Positions 15,051-29,237 are shown, numbered from the stretch's first letter. The stretch is DNA of 64,000 nt from Raja brachyura (GCA_963514005.1 OY740804.1:4774001-4838000); one strand, 5' to 3'. Made by a program: numbers and translations. The notes: generated by a model from the letters alone, not told the origin.

Positions 15051-16300
15051 CCTGCCTCACCCGCTGAGTTTCCCCAGCATTTTTTGTCTACTGTCTATAT
15101 GCAAGAGGTGTTATTTTACAGTCCCAGCTGCAGTAGGCCACATCGGGCCCATTGCAGCCATCGCATCCTTCCCAGATAGACCACTCGTAGTGAATCTCCT
15201 GTTTGCAAGTTCCTGGTGTAATTTCTTACCGTTGAGGATGACTTTGCTTGTGCCAAGCTTCTGAAGTGAATAGAATGTCCTACTCGGGATCCATAGACAG
15301 TGCCACAAGTGGAACTTAATGGGGTGGGTGAATCTGGAGTAGTTGGATCTGCATGTTTCTTGCAGGCTAGGAGTTTACCACAGAAATTGTTGCCCAAAGG
15401 ACTTGTTCCTGTGCTATACTGTTCTCTTGTCTCTCATCCATGCTTACCAGTGTTTCTACTTGTGTCTCAACTGCTGGGTTCTGGGGTTGACATGCGGCTT
15501 TGTGTGATGGAGTCAATTATTAATGAGTCTTTTTCCTCTGAATGCGTGGTGTAGGTTCCATCTTCCTTGTTTTGGTAAAGGCATCAATGATTCCTCGGAG
15601 CTTATCTAATAGTGCATACATGCGCAAGCAAAGTTGATGTGACCCTGATTTTGGAGTTGAGGTAGCAAATATTTTAACTCTGCTCAACTAGCATAGATTA
15701 GAGATACAGCGTGGAAACCAGCCCTTCGGCCCACTGAGTTCGCATCAACCAGCCATCACTCGTACACTAGTTCTATCCTACACACTAGGGACAATTTGCA
15801 GAAGCCCATTAACAGAAAAGTTGCAGGTCTTTGGCATGTGGGAGGAAACCGGAGCACCTGGAGAAAGCCCACGCGGTCACAGGGAGAACGCACAAACTCC
15901 ATACAGACAGCACCGGTGGTCAGGATCGAACCCGTGTCTCGAGCGCTGGAAGGCAGCAACTCTACCGCTGCGCCACCATGATCTGTAGATCAATTCCACT
16001 CCAGCACAGAGCTTATTGTAGTTGAAGCTCATGTAGTGTAGTGAGGAAGATGGCAAAAGGGGTTGGTGTAATGGCAGATCCTTCATTGACCGAGGCAATA
16101 TAGACGTGGACTGGTCAATTGCATTATTCCAACATTTTCTGGCTCACTTCAAACTTTTTATTCTTTATAATCTCCTCAAAGGCTCTAAATGATGTTGAAC
16201 TCATTTGGTAGTAAATCACTCGTTTGAAAATTCATTCACCATCGAAGTAAAAGACTACAAAGAGACAGAAGATAATGTAAAGTTTTATATGTGTTTGTAG

Positions 16301-16390
<90 letters not shown>

Positions 16391-17149
16391 TAAGAAAACT
16401 TTTCATTCTAGTTGCATGATCCCAAGTCTCATATCTTAGTATGGGGAGGTGAAGGGTTCGGTTTGTAGAGTCCTTAAGATAAAAAAGTGATTTTTTAATT
16501 TATCATTGTTCCATGCAATTATCATTGTTCCATGCAATTGTTCCATCTTGTAAAATTCTGTCATTCTGGTTTTTAAGTTTATTTTCCCCTCGGCATTTCT
16601 TCAGCATGTTGCAATTTTTTCAACAAAAGGGCGCAATGTTTGTTAGTTTAGTTTTAGTTGAGAAATGCAGTGCGGAAACAGGCCCTTCGGCTCACCGAGT
16701 CCTCGCCGACCAGCGATCCCTGCACACTAACGCTATCCTACACATAATTTGCAATTTTACCAAAGCCAGTAAATGTATAAACCTCCGCCTTTGGAGTTTG
16801 GGAGGAAATCGGGTGAACCGGGTGAAAACCTATGTAGGTCACGGGGAGAACGTCCAAACTCCGTACAGACAGCACCCATGGTCTGGATCGAACCTGGGTC
16901 TCTGGCGCTGTAAGGCAGCAACTCCACTGCTGCACCACCATGCTTTGTTTGACAAACCACTTCGATGTGTGTTACTATGCCCACGATTTACTTTGGTTTA
17001 AAAAAAAAACTGACAGTCTCTTGAATTTATGTAAAGTTAAGTCGAATAATTGTAATCTCCTCAGCTCCCCCCAGATTCTATCTGTCATCCTACAGACTCG
17101 GCCATTCTAATCTCCCATTCCACACATCTTTGGGATATGGGAGGAAAAC

Positions 17150-17648
17150 AGATTCTTGCTATTGAGGGAGTGCAGTGTAGGTTCACGAGGTTAATTCCCG
17201 GGATGGCGGGACTGTCATGTGATGAAAGAATGGAACGACTCGGCTTATATTCACTGGAATTTAGAAGGATGGGAGGATATCTGAAAGAAACATATAAAAT
17301 TATTAAGGGATTGGACAAGCTAGATGCAGGAAACATGTTCTCGATGTTGGGGGAGTCCAGAACCAGGGGTCGCAGTTTAAGAAAAAGGGGTAGGCCATTT
17401 AGAACTGAGATGAGGAAAAGCTTTTTCATCCAGAGAGTTGTGAATTTGTGGAATTCTCTGTCTCAGAAGACAGTGGAGGCCGATTCACTGGATGCATCCA
17501 AAAGAGAGTTAGATATAGCTCTTGGGGCTAGCAGAATCAAAGGAACGGGGTACTGATTGTGAATGATCAGCCATGATCACATTGAATGGCGGTGCAGGCT
17601 CGAAGGGCCGAATGGCCTACTCCTGCACCTATTTTCTATGTTTCTATG
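17150..17648 (+). mobile_element. CR1-clade LINE 3' fragment
   Basis: ORF 17137-17556 with CR1 ORF2 C-terminal motifs and 3' tail. Confidence 0.9.
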
Positions 17649-17922
17649 AAACCCAGAACAAACCCAGGTGGTTGCAGGGAGAACATGCAAACTCCACACA
17701 GACATCAGCAAAGGTCGGGTTTAAACCCAAGTCCCTGGCACTGAGAGTGAGTGCCTCTTCTCACTGTGCCCTGTGGTGCATTTACTATGCAGTAGATCAT
17801 AGGTTAACACAGGAAAGATTTAGAGTTTCTCACATTGTAAGTTCTTCAGCAAGATTTGTTGAACCGGTAGCTGTTCCTTGCATGAAAGGCAAAGAGCTCT
17901 GAGACCAAGACTTTCATCATAA

Positions 17923-18036
<114 letters not shown>

Positions 18037-18670
18037 TAATTAACAGTCTGGTCTATCCATGCCAGTACTGCATTCAGAATGAGTTATGGGATGGGTGAGG
18101 CATGCTGAATAATCGAAAGATTTGAAGTATCTGGTGTTTCAGATATTAGCTTTTATTTTCACTAAACACCATGTTTCCTGGCGTTTATTTGATGGTTAAA
18201 ATAAAATTGTTTTTGTGTCAGTCCATTGAAACATTTCCAGCGAAAACATCTCTTAATCCACGCGCGTAAAGGTCGAATGAGAATTAAAATATTCACGGAA
18301 TAACTATATTTTGATTTTTCCCATTATAATGAAACGTTTTGTTGTGCTTCGAGAACCAAAACATCTAATGCATTTACCATTCGGAAATATCATAGTCACG
18401 CATCATAGAAACAGACCTTTTGGCCCAACTTATCCATGCTGGCCAAGATCCCATTGAAGCTAGTCCTAATCGCCTGCATTAGACCGACATCCCCTTCAAA
18501 TGTCTTTTAAATGTTGCTGTTGTTGTTGCATCTGCCTCAATCACTTCCTCAGGCAGCTTGTTCCATGTATGTACCACCATCTCTATGAAGAAGTTGTCCC
18601 TCAGGTGCCTATAAATCTCTTCCCCTCACCCTAAACCTATGCTCACTAGTTTCACTAGAAGAGTTTCATT

Positions 18671-18808
18671 CTTCTTCTTATGTATGGAGTGCACAGCCTA
18701 AAATTGTAGGACAACTTGCTCTATTTGATCTTATTTGATTCTGCACGCCAGGTTGATTGCATTCGTCGAAACAGGGCAGACCGCGTGAAAGTTGCAATCT
18801 CCCACCCC
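18671..18808 (-). mobile_element. HDV-like-ribozyme-headed short retroposon, copy 3
   Basis: Reverse complement reads GGGGUGG GAG AUUGCA ACU UUCACGC GGU CUGCCCU GU UUCG ACGAA UGCAAUC, ending in an AAGAAGAAG tail. All stems pair, with wobbles. Confidence 0.85.
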
Positions 18809-19593
18809 ACTAGTTTAATTGATTGAAAGACACAGCATTGAAACAGGACCCTAAGGCCCCTAAGTCCATGCCAACTATCGATCACCTGTTCACACTAGTT
18901 CTACACTAACTCAATTTCGCTTCCACTCCCTACACGCTAGGGACAATTTACAGAAGCCTATTAACCCACGCACCTGCACGTCTTTGGGATTTGGGAGAAA
19001 ACCGGAGCATCCGTAGAAAACCCAAGGGAAAACGTCCAAACTCCACGCTGTGAGCACCCGAGTTCAGGATCGAACCCGGGCCTCTGGCACAGTGAGGCAG
19101 CAGCTCTCTGAAGTTCTAGATTTCTCAATCCTGGGAAAAAGACTGTGTACATTCTCCTTATTTATGATACTTAATGTCATGTGATCAAACTGACCTACCA
19201 ACCACACTTGTATACGGCAGATTTAATATTATGATTTCCACCACAATCCTGTCGGTCACAAATGACTCCATAATTTAGAGATAAAGTGTGGAAACAGGCC
19301 CTTCGGCCCATCGAGTCCTTGCCGACCAATGATCACTCGATGTCATCCCAGTTTTACATCCTACACAATAGGAACAACTTACAGAAGCCAATTAACCTTA
19401 AAAACCTGTACGTCTTTGGAGTGTGGAGGAAACCGGAGCACCCGCGGTCACAGGGAGAACGTGCACACGCCGCACAGACAGCACCTGAGGTCAGGATCAA
19501 ACCCGGGTCTCCGGCGCTGTAAGGCAGCAACTCTACCGTTGGGCCACTGCGCCACCCTTGAAAGCTTGATCTTTGCACAACGCAAAACTTTAA

Positions 19594-19776
<183 letters not shown>

Positions 19777-20019
19777 TAGAGTGTGTGGGGGGGGGGGGGA
19801 GGAATATTGTGTGTCTGAGAGAGTGCAGCATCCTGCGATTTAAGTAGATAGTTCTTACATAAGAGCTGGTCCTGCACAATGCCAACGTGCAAACTGCGCA
19901 CAAAGAGAGCGCCCAAGGTTAGGATTGAACCCTGGTCTCTGGCGCTGCGAGGTAGCAGCACTACCTCCCCCTCAATGTTGCGATTAGTCTTCGTGCTCTA
20001 TATGTTCAAGTGTTTCTAA

Positions 20020-20187
<168 letters not shown>

Positions 20188-21341
20188 TAAGACACTTCAC
20201 AGGAGCACATCTGCGGAAGGCACAATGTGCTTATTTACCTTGTTCCTAAAGTGGGAGTGAATCTTCGACTGTAATGTTTATCTGATTTCAATTCGAACCT
20301 AGAACAGTGCAGTAAAGGAACAGGCCCTTCGGCCCACAATGTCCATGCCGGACATGATTCCTGATTAGTACGGGTGTCAGAGGTTAGGGGAAGAAGGCAG
20401 GAGAATGGGGTTAGGAGGGAGAGATGGATCAGCCATGATTGAATGGCGGAGTAGCCTAGATGGGCCTGTTCCTTATGAAAGTTAAACTGATCTTATCTGC
20501 CTGCACGTGATCCGCATCCTTCCATTGTTTGCACTTCCTGTTTTCGTGTCCATCTTGTTCCAAATGTTGACATCGTTGTCATCGTCCGTCCTGAAAGGGA
20601 CGTGAGCTTCAGGCGACGATCGGTGGAAGCCATCACTTGTCTCAATAGATGATGGTGGTAGCAGAATTAGGTCGGGATACTTCCAGTTTCCAGCCCCGCG
20701 ATGTGGACGCTTCTGCTATGGGGCCATTGGTTGCACTACAATGCTGACAACTATATTCTGCTCTATATTTCCCCTTCACCCTACCAATTGTTCTTAAATA
20801 TGGCTTAGTTTATTTATGTTTACCGTTATCGGAGTTGGTTAGAAAGCTTGCAAAACAAAGGTTTCCGCTGTACCTTGATACACATGATAATAATAAATCT
20901 GAACCAGCATATCCATGTGCCTATCTAAAGGCATCTTAAACGCCACTATCGTATCTGCCTCCACCACCATCCCAAGCAGCGAGTTTCACCCACCCACCAC
21001 CCTCTGTGTAAAAAATAAACTTTGATTCAGCAGTTTTCTCTTATTTTTGATGAATGATAATACCATACATAAGTACAAGCTTTCTTTTAGCTTGGTACTG
21101 AAATGAAAGGGAATAAGCAGAAAATACTGCAGGTATAAAATGGTGCCAGCGAATTCTGCAGACTCACTGTGGCCCCAGTTGGCCTATTGATTACCTCTAC
21201 AGAGTTCAACAAAGCATTACAGAGTATTCTTGAGAAACAGTTTGTCTGCCACGGGTAGAATGGGAACACTGGGAACTGAAGGGACAAGTTTAGCTAGGTG
21301 GCTTGCAATGCCAGTTATCGATAGAACTGAGACTGCGTTTA

Positions 21342-21850
21342 CAAGTTCACAAGTTATAGGAGTAGAATTAGGCCATTCGGTCCATCGCCTCCGCCATTCA
21401 ATCATGGCTGATCGCTCCCTCCTAATCCCATTTTCCTGCCTTCTCACCATAACCCTTGGCATCCGTTCTAATCAAGAATTTGTCAATCTCTGCTTTAAAA
21501 ATATCCACTGACTTGGCCTCCACAGCCCTCTGTGGCAATGAGTTCCACAGATTAACCAAAGAAGTTCCTCCACGCCTCCTTTCTAAAAGAGCGCCCTTTA
21601 ATTCTGAGTCTATGACCTCTGGTCCTAGACTCTCCCACCAGTGGAAACATCCTTTCCATATCCACTCTATTTCTGCCTTTCATTATTCTGTAAGTTTCAA
21701 TGAGGTCCCCCCCTCAACCTTGTAAACTCCAGCGAGTAGAGGCCTCAAACGTTCAACGTATTGCTAACTCACTCATTCCTGGAATCATTCTTGTAAACCA
21801 CCTCGGGTCCCTCTCCAGAGCCACCACATCCTTCCTTAGATATGGGGGCT
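21342..21850 (-). mobile_element. CR1-clade LINE 3' fragment
   Basis: Reverse complement of the subfamily at 750-1230. Confidence 0.85.
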
Positions 21851-22254
21851 CAAATAAATGATGCTGCAAGTGCAGTTATCTCATGCAGAGGGGTGTTTCG
21901 CATGGCAGCTTCTTGGCATCAGACTGGCTTGAAAGAAAACTGCCTAGACAGATAGCCTTTCCTACAACCTGTGTGGAGAAATAATGTGCTTGTGCTACAG
22001 AAGATATTCGGGCAGTTGATGGAGTGGTGGGATTAGTTTTGTATTGCCCCAGCAATCCTGTGGTGACCCTTGATTCCAAGAGATTCAGGAGAGATTATTT
22101 ATCATGTGCATCGGCTATGCATGGATGTTTGGTTTATTGTCACGTGTTCCAACATGCAGTGAAAAGCTTTTTGCTTGCATACGATGCAGTCAGCGGAAGG
22201 ACTGTGCGCGATTACAATCAAGCCGCCCACAGTGTGCAGATGCAGCATAACCAT

Positions 22255-23008
22255 AATAGTACTTTATTAGCCAAGTATGTTTTACAGCATTCGATGAATT
22301 TGATTTGCCATACAGGCATACCAATAACGAGCACCAAGACACCTAAATACATTTTTAACACGAACATCCACCACAGCAACTCCCCAACATTCCTCACTAT
22401 GATGGACGGCAACAAAGGTTCAATCTTCTTCCCTTCTTTGTTCTCCCACGGTCGGGGCACTCGAACCGTCTGTTGTCGGGATGATCTTGGCTCCCGCAGC
22501 CGGCAGTTGAGCCCTCCACGTCGGGGCGATCAAGCTCCCGCATCGGGGGGGATCTCAGCTCCCTGTGCCGGGCGATCGGACCCCGGGTCAGGGCTAGTCA
22601 AACCTTCTGCGACTTGGAGCTTCCCGACATCAGTCTCTACCCAAGACTGCGAGCTCCTCGATGGTGAAATCCGCAGGCTGCGGTTGGAGCGTCGATCCCA
22701 GGCAAGGAATCACAGGTTCCGATGGTAAGCCCACGGCCCCGCGGTGGGGCTCAAACTGAATCTCGAGCAAGGCCTCCAGCTCCACGATGTTAGGCCGCCG
22801 AGCGACCGGAGATACGATCCGGAAAACAGTCGCATCTCTGGCAAGGTAAGAGACTGAAAAAGGTTTCCCCCCACCCCCCCTCCCCCACATAAAACAAACC
22901 AGGGAACATTAACGCATACTTTTAAAACACACTAAAAAAATTTTTTAAAAAGACAAAAAGACAGACTGTTGGCGAGGCTGCCATTGCTGACGGCCCCCCG
23001 GTTGATGG
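22255..23008 (-). mobile_element. GC-rich non-autonomous retroposon, nested in a Rex-like fragment
   Basis: LINE-like 3' end (catacttggctaataaagta, also at 4409-28), accataa direct repeats at the flanks, architecture parallel to 14197-15050. Confidence 0.55.
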
Positions 23009-23460
23009 GACCATAAAGGGAATAACATTCACTTCAAGACAAAGTCCAATTAAAGATAGTCCGAGGGTCTCCAATGAGGTAGATGGGAGGTCAGGGCTGC
23101 TCTCCAGCTAGTGATAGGATGGTTCAGGTGCCTGATAACAGCTGGAAAGAAACTGTTCCTGACTCTGGACATGTGCGTTTTCACAAGTGTGCCTCTTGCC
23201 TGATGGGAGAGGGTAGATGTGGGAGTGACCGGTGTGAGACTCATCCTTGATTGTGCCGGTGGCCTTGCCGAGGCAGCGTGAGGTGTAGATGGAGTCTGTG
23301 GACGGGAGGTTGGTTTGTGTGGTGGTCTGGGCCGCGTCCACAATTTCTTGCGGTCTTGGAAGGAGATGCATATTATTTCTGCAGCAAGTAAGAATCTCTT
23401 TATTCCGTTTTTGTACATATGTCAATAAAACACTTTTGACTCGTGCAGTGGCTACGCATG

Positions 23461-23514
23461 GGGGTGGGACGTTGCAACCTTCACGTAGTCCGCCCTGTTT
23501 CGACGAATGCAATC
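23461..23514 (+). ncRNA. Minimal HDV/CPEB3-like self-cleaving ribozyme fold (predicted)
   Basis: P1 GGGGUGG/CCGCCCU with G1.U wobble; P2 GUUGCA/UGCAAU; P3 ACC/AGU (one mismatch); L3 UUCACGU; P1.1 GU; P4 reduced to UUCG; J4/2 ACGAA with catalytic-position C23504. Confidence 0.8.
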
Positions 23515-23589
23515 AACCCGGTATGCACGATCAAATAGAACAAGTTGTCCTACAACTTTCGGCTGTGCACGCCATACGCAAGAAGAAGA
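23461..23589 (+). mobile_element. Short non-autonomous retroposon with 5' HDV-like ribozyme and (AAG)n tail, copy 4 (sense to AHCYL1)
   Basis: 11-bp TSD ggctacgcatg / ggctatgcatg (23450-60, 23590-600). 3' end GCCATACGCAAGAAGAAGA. Three further copies in the window. Confidence 0.85.
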
Positions 23590-23669
23590 GGCTATGCATG
23601 GATGTCACTGACCTGTGGATGTTTGTACTGGGTTTTTGTTTCACCATGTAAACACTGAAAAGCAATTGA

Positions 23670-23924
<255 letters not shown>

Positions 23925-24169
23925 TAACCATCACCATTGTATCTGTTTCCACCAACTCTTGCAGTAGACACCAGACGCTCTTTGTGTAGAGAAATACTTG
24001 CCTCGTACATCTCCTTTCTAATCACTTTAAATCCCCACTCACCCTAAACCTATGCCCTCTCGCATTTGATCTTTGCAACTGGTGAAAAGGACTTTGATTG
24101 ATTGAAAGATACAACTTGGTAACGGGTCCTTCTGCCCAACAACTCCATGCCAACCATCAATCATCCATT

Positions 24170-24595
24170 CGCTGGACCACTGCCCAGTCCATCACTGACT
24201 CTGACCTGCCCACTGTCGAAGGGATCTATCGAAGTCGCTGCCTCAAAAAGGCGACCAACATCATCATAGACCCACACCATCCTGGCCATACACTCATTTC
24301 ACCACTACCATCGGGAGGAAGGTACAGGAGCCTGAAAACTGTAACGTTCAGGAACACAGCCTTCAGGCTATTAAACATGACAAAAAGTAACCTCTGAACT
24401 GCAACAGAATATTACTGTTATTGCACTATATTTGTGTATTTATTGCGTATGCGTGTGTATGTGTATATATACACACTGAACTTTTTTTCTCCTGTTATGT
24501 ATTATGTTTACATGTTCTGTTGTGCTGCAGCAAGTAAGAATTTCATTGTACTATCTGGGACACATGACAATAAAGCACTCTTGACTTGACTCTTG
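24170..24595 (+). mobile_element. Rex1/Babar-like LINE 3' fragment
   Basis: TAQSIT..LPTVEGIYRSRCLKKATNII.DPHHPGHTL..PLPSGGRYRS plus aataaa and (cttga)n tail. Related fragments at 1700-2060(-), 23010-23370(-), 28010-28410(-) and 52603-52800(+). Confidence 0.7.
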
Positions 24596-24788
24596 ATACT
24601 AGATCTTTGTCGTCCCACTTTCTCATCCACATCCGATACTCTAGGAGCAATTTACTGAGGCCGATTAACCTACAAACCCACACGTCATAATTTTCAAGAG
24701 CGGAATTAGGCCATTCAGCCCATCAAATCTTCTCCATTATACAATCTATCTTTCTCTGTCAACCCCATTCTCCTGCCTTCTACCCTAA

Positions 24789-25327
24789 AGGGCCTGAGCG
24801 CGACCTAACGTGGTCGGTTGAGCCGTCCGGCGTCGCGGGGCCGGTCCCACTTCGATCGCCAGAGCCGTGCGGAATTGTGCGGAGTTCGTCCCGACATCGC
24901 GTGGGGCTCCGAACAACTGACCATGTTCAAAAATTCCGCGCGGCAACGGCTCGTCGGCTTGCAGTCGCCTCGACCGCCCCGACATCATGCCTCCGTGACC
25001 CTCTCTGTAGGTGCCTCCATGACCCTCTCTGTGTGTGGCTTCGTGGCCCTCTGTGTGTGTGCCTCTGTGCCCCTCTCTGTGTGTCCCTCTCTGTCCTGGC
25101 GAACTTACCTTTAAGACTTCGCTCCAAGTTCGTCTCACTTTGCGCCGCGTTGCGCCACTCACCCGACCTCCGCGCGGCCCTCGCTGCTGGTTTGGCCGCG
25201 CTTGTCGCATGCAGGCGCATGCTGTTGGGAACGGACCTGTACAGGGATCACCCGACCTCCGCGCGGCCCCCGCTTCTAGTTTCTTCGCGCTCACCGCATG
25301 GAGTCGGATGCTGGTAGGACAGGCCCT
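24789..25327. mobile_element. PIF/Harbinger-like non-autonomous DNA transposon (GC-rich)
   Basis: Termini agggcctg... / ...caggccct with TAA target duplication (24786-88, 25328-30), interrupting a CR1 3' tail. Confidence 0.7.
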
Positions 25328-25997
25328 TAACGCACTTACTAATCAAGAATCTGTCAATCTCCACTTTAAAAATATTCATTGACTTGGCCTCCACCACCGT
25401 CTGTGGCAATGCACTCACCACCTGATGTCTTTGGGATATGGGGGGGGGGGGGGGGGGGGAGGAGAGACACTGAGCCCTGAGGAAAACCACGTGGTCACAG
25501 GGAGAATGTGCAACCTCCTTTCAGATAGCACCTGAGGTCAGGATGGAGCCTGGGTCTCTGACTCTGTGGAAGAGGCTCTGCCAGCTGTACTACATAACCT
25601 TGACTAACCTTGTTTTCGTACGTTTTGTTTCTTATGTTGTTGTTGTGTGCTTTAAGACCAGCCAGTTTCAGTCATGTCATGGACTGCATCTGGTTAGCAA
25701 CGAAGATAAACATCCCTGAAGCGTTACGTGCGGAAATAGACGCACACAGAAACCCATTAATCAACTCCAAGATGGGGCCAAATCTGCCTGAAAGGAGTGT
25801 TGGTTAAAACAGGCAGGTCTCTGTTTCCTTGTCACAAGTCCCAGTGCCCCACTGTGGCAGCTGCCATGCCAGTAAACTTCTTCAAAGGATAATGCTGAAA
25901 TATGAAAAACAACATTTAATCCCCACTTAATAAAAGGTCAAATTCCCAGAAAAGTAAATGGCTTTATGTCAGTCCAGCTTATTGCATACGTTAGTGA

Positions 25998-26105
<108 letters not shown>

Positions 26106-26537
26106 TAATGTCCGTGTTATTGAATAAGGGGAAATGGGAAGTGTGGCATGGTGTAGTGCGGTGGTGGGACATACGATTCTGAAGTTTCAAAGGTTGTTTA
26201 GTTTGGAGATACAGCATGGAAACCGGGCCCGTCGAGCCAGCACCGGTCAGCGATCGCCCATACCCTAGCTTAGTCTAGTTTACAGATACAGCGGGGAAAC
26301 GCGTCCTTCAGCCCATTGAATCCGCATCGACCTGCAATCCATGCACACCAACACTATCCTACACACACCAGGCACAATTTACAATTACACCAAGCCAATT
26401 AACCTACAAACCCGTACGGGTGTGGGGGAAACTGGAGAAAACACACGCACGTCACGGGGAGAACGTTCCCGTAGTCAGGATCGAACCTGGATCTCTGGCG
26501 TTGGTTGTAAGTTTGCCGTTGGTTTTTCGCTTGGTAA

Positions 26538-26765
<228 letters not shown>

Positions 26766-28709
26766 TAAATATCATGGACCTTACAGTTGATGTATGCATT
26801 TAACAGCCGTGTTTAATGTTTCCAAAGTGGCATTGACCTAAGTTGACGGAGCATGAAACTATTGAATATCCTTGAGACCATTAGTTTTCAATTATGGTTA
26901 TTATAGTTATAAAAACAATATAATTAAAATTCATGCCAAGTGCTGGAGCAACTCAATGGGTCAGGCAGCATCTCTGGAGATCGGTGACATTTCAGGTCAG
27001 GACCCTTCTTCAGACACAACCTCATCTACCCATGTTCTCCACAATTTCTGGTGTTTTATAAATTACAATATTGTTCCAGCCTTCGTCACACCAAATGGCT
27101 GAGATTGCAGAGTGTCATGACACCTATTTAACCTTTAGCGCAGATGTTATTGACTCGGTGGTTAGTCTACATGAAACACATTCACTGTAGGACAGGGCAG
27201 GAAATGAATCTGATTCTTGTGGTTAGGATGCATACTGTCATTACTGACTAAGCCATCAGGGGGAGCTGTTTGCACATATTTGACATGCTCCAACGTTAGT
27301 CTGCTTGTACAATGTTTAGCTTCCCACCATGTGAAGCCGTTATAATAATAATCCTGAAATCCCTGTAGGAAAGAATTTTAATGACTTAATAATCCAGTAA
27401 TTTGCAGCGCTACGAGAGTGACTTGTTTGTTCCTTGGGTTCTCATCAAAGTTATCATCTGACATTAATTCTGTCATGAAGGTGAACAGGTCATTCAATGC
27501 ATTATTTTTGTAAACCACCATCTTGCAGGTCCTTGTGTCTCTATTCCTTAAATTAGTTCAGGAAAGCTTCAAGGTGTTGACAATGAATAAGATCATTGCC
27601 TCCGGGCACTCCATCCTGCATTTGCTTGCATTGCATGGCACAAATCCCCCAATAGTCTGCTGTTTAATGTTTCCTTGTGGTACAGAGTTGTACAGCACGG
27701 AAACAGGCCCTTCGGCCCAACTCATACATGCCGATCAAGATGCCCCAGCTCAACCAACCCCACCTGCCTGCATTTGGCCCATGTGCCTCTAATCACACAC
27801 AGTTGGCATAATAAGTGTCGAAACAAGGAACTGCAGGTGCTGGTTAATACACAAAAAGGCACACAGTGCTGGAGTAACTCAGTGGGTCAGGCAGCATCTG
27901 TGGAGAACGTAGATAGGTGACATTTCTGGTTGAGACCCTTCTTCAGACTGATTGTAGGTGGGGGGGGGGGGGGGGGATGAAAAAAGCTGAGAGGGTTTGA
28001 AGAAACTAATTTAGTTTATTGTCACGAGTACCGCGGTACAGTGAAAAGCTTCTTTTGTTGCGTGTTATTCCCGTCAGCGAAGAGATGACATGATTACAAT
28101 CAAACTCTCCACAGTGTACAGATACAGGATAAAGGGAATAACATTTAGTGCAAGATAAAATCCAATTAATGATAGTCCGATGATCTCCTATGAGGCGGAT
28201 GATGGGTCAGGACCGCTCTCTAGTTTTCGTGATAGGACGGTTCAGTTGCCTGCTAACAGCGAGAACGAAACTGAATCTGGAGGTAGACATTTTCAAACTT
28301 CTGTATGTACCGCTTGCCTGGTGGGAGAGGGGAGAAGAGGGAGTGACTGTGGAGAGACTGGTCCTTGATTCTGCTTCTGGCCTTGTCGAGGCAGCGTGAA
28401 GGATGGGGGTAGTGTTTAATTAGAAACATAGAAAATAGGTGCAGGAGGAGGCCATTTGGCCCTTCGAGCCAGCACCGCCATTCATTGTGATCATGGCTGG
28501 TCGTCCCCAATCAATAACCTGTGCCTGCCTTCTCCCCATATCCCTTGATTCCACTAGCCCCTAGAACTCAATCTAACTCTCTTTTAAATCCATCCAGTGA
28601 TTTGGCCTCCATTGCCCTCTGTGGCAGAGAATTCCACAAATTCACAACTCTCTGGGTGAAAAACATTTTTTCTCACCTCAGTCTTAAATGGCCTCCCCTT
28701 TATCCTTAT

Positions 28710-28945
28710 GGGCCTGTCCCACTTTCACGACCTAATTCATGACCTCTGCCGAGGTTGCCCTTGACTCATACTCGCAGCATGGTGGTCACGAGATTGAAGG
28801 AGGTCGTAGGCAGGTCGTAGGTTGGTTGTGATGCTAGTCGTAGGTTCTCGTGGCATCAAGTAGGTCGGGGTATATTTCTAGCCTGATGAAAAATGTCCAC
28901 GAGTAAAAAATGTTGTGAATTAGGTTGTGAACGTGGGACAGGCCC
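28710..28945. mobile_element. PIF/Harbinger-like MITE
   Basis: ~34-bp imperfect TIRs gggcctgtcccac...cctaattca, at a TTA/TAA site inside a CR1 fragment (28422-28709). Confidence 0.75.
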
Positions 28946-28949
28946 TTAA

Positions 28950-29237
28950 GTGGCCCCTATATTCTAAGATTGTGGCCCCCTATATTCTAAGATTGTGGCC
29001 CCTATATTCTAAGACTGTGGCCCCTATATTCTAAGATTGTGGCCCCTATATTCTAAGATTGTGGCCCCTATATTCTAAGATTGTGGCCCCTATATTCTAA
29101 GATTGTGGCCCCTATATTCTAAGATTGTGGCCCCTATATTCTAAGATTGTGGCCCCTATATTCTAAGATTGTGGCCCCTATATTCTAAGACTGTGGCCCC
29201 TATATTCTAAGACTGTGGCCCCTATTCTAAGATTGTG
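28950..29237. repeat. 22-bp minisatellite, 13 copies (gtggcccctatattctaaga[t/c]t)
   Basis: Units counted directly; one 23-nt and one 20-nt variant. Confidence 0.97.

Noticed and set aside
22024-22728. 234-aa ORF (also 14177-14761, 24785-25294, 34107-34751)
   Set aside because: These span GC-rich repeats or repeat junctions, have no recognisable domains, and have overlapping open frames on both strands, as expected from GC content.
28950-29237. CRISPR-like appearance of the 22-bp repeat
   Set aside because: The units are head-to-tail with no unique spacers, the context is a eukaryotic intron, and the unit derives from LINE sequence.
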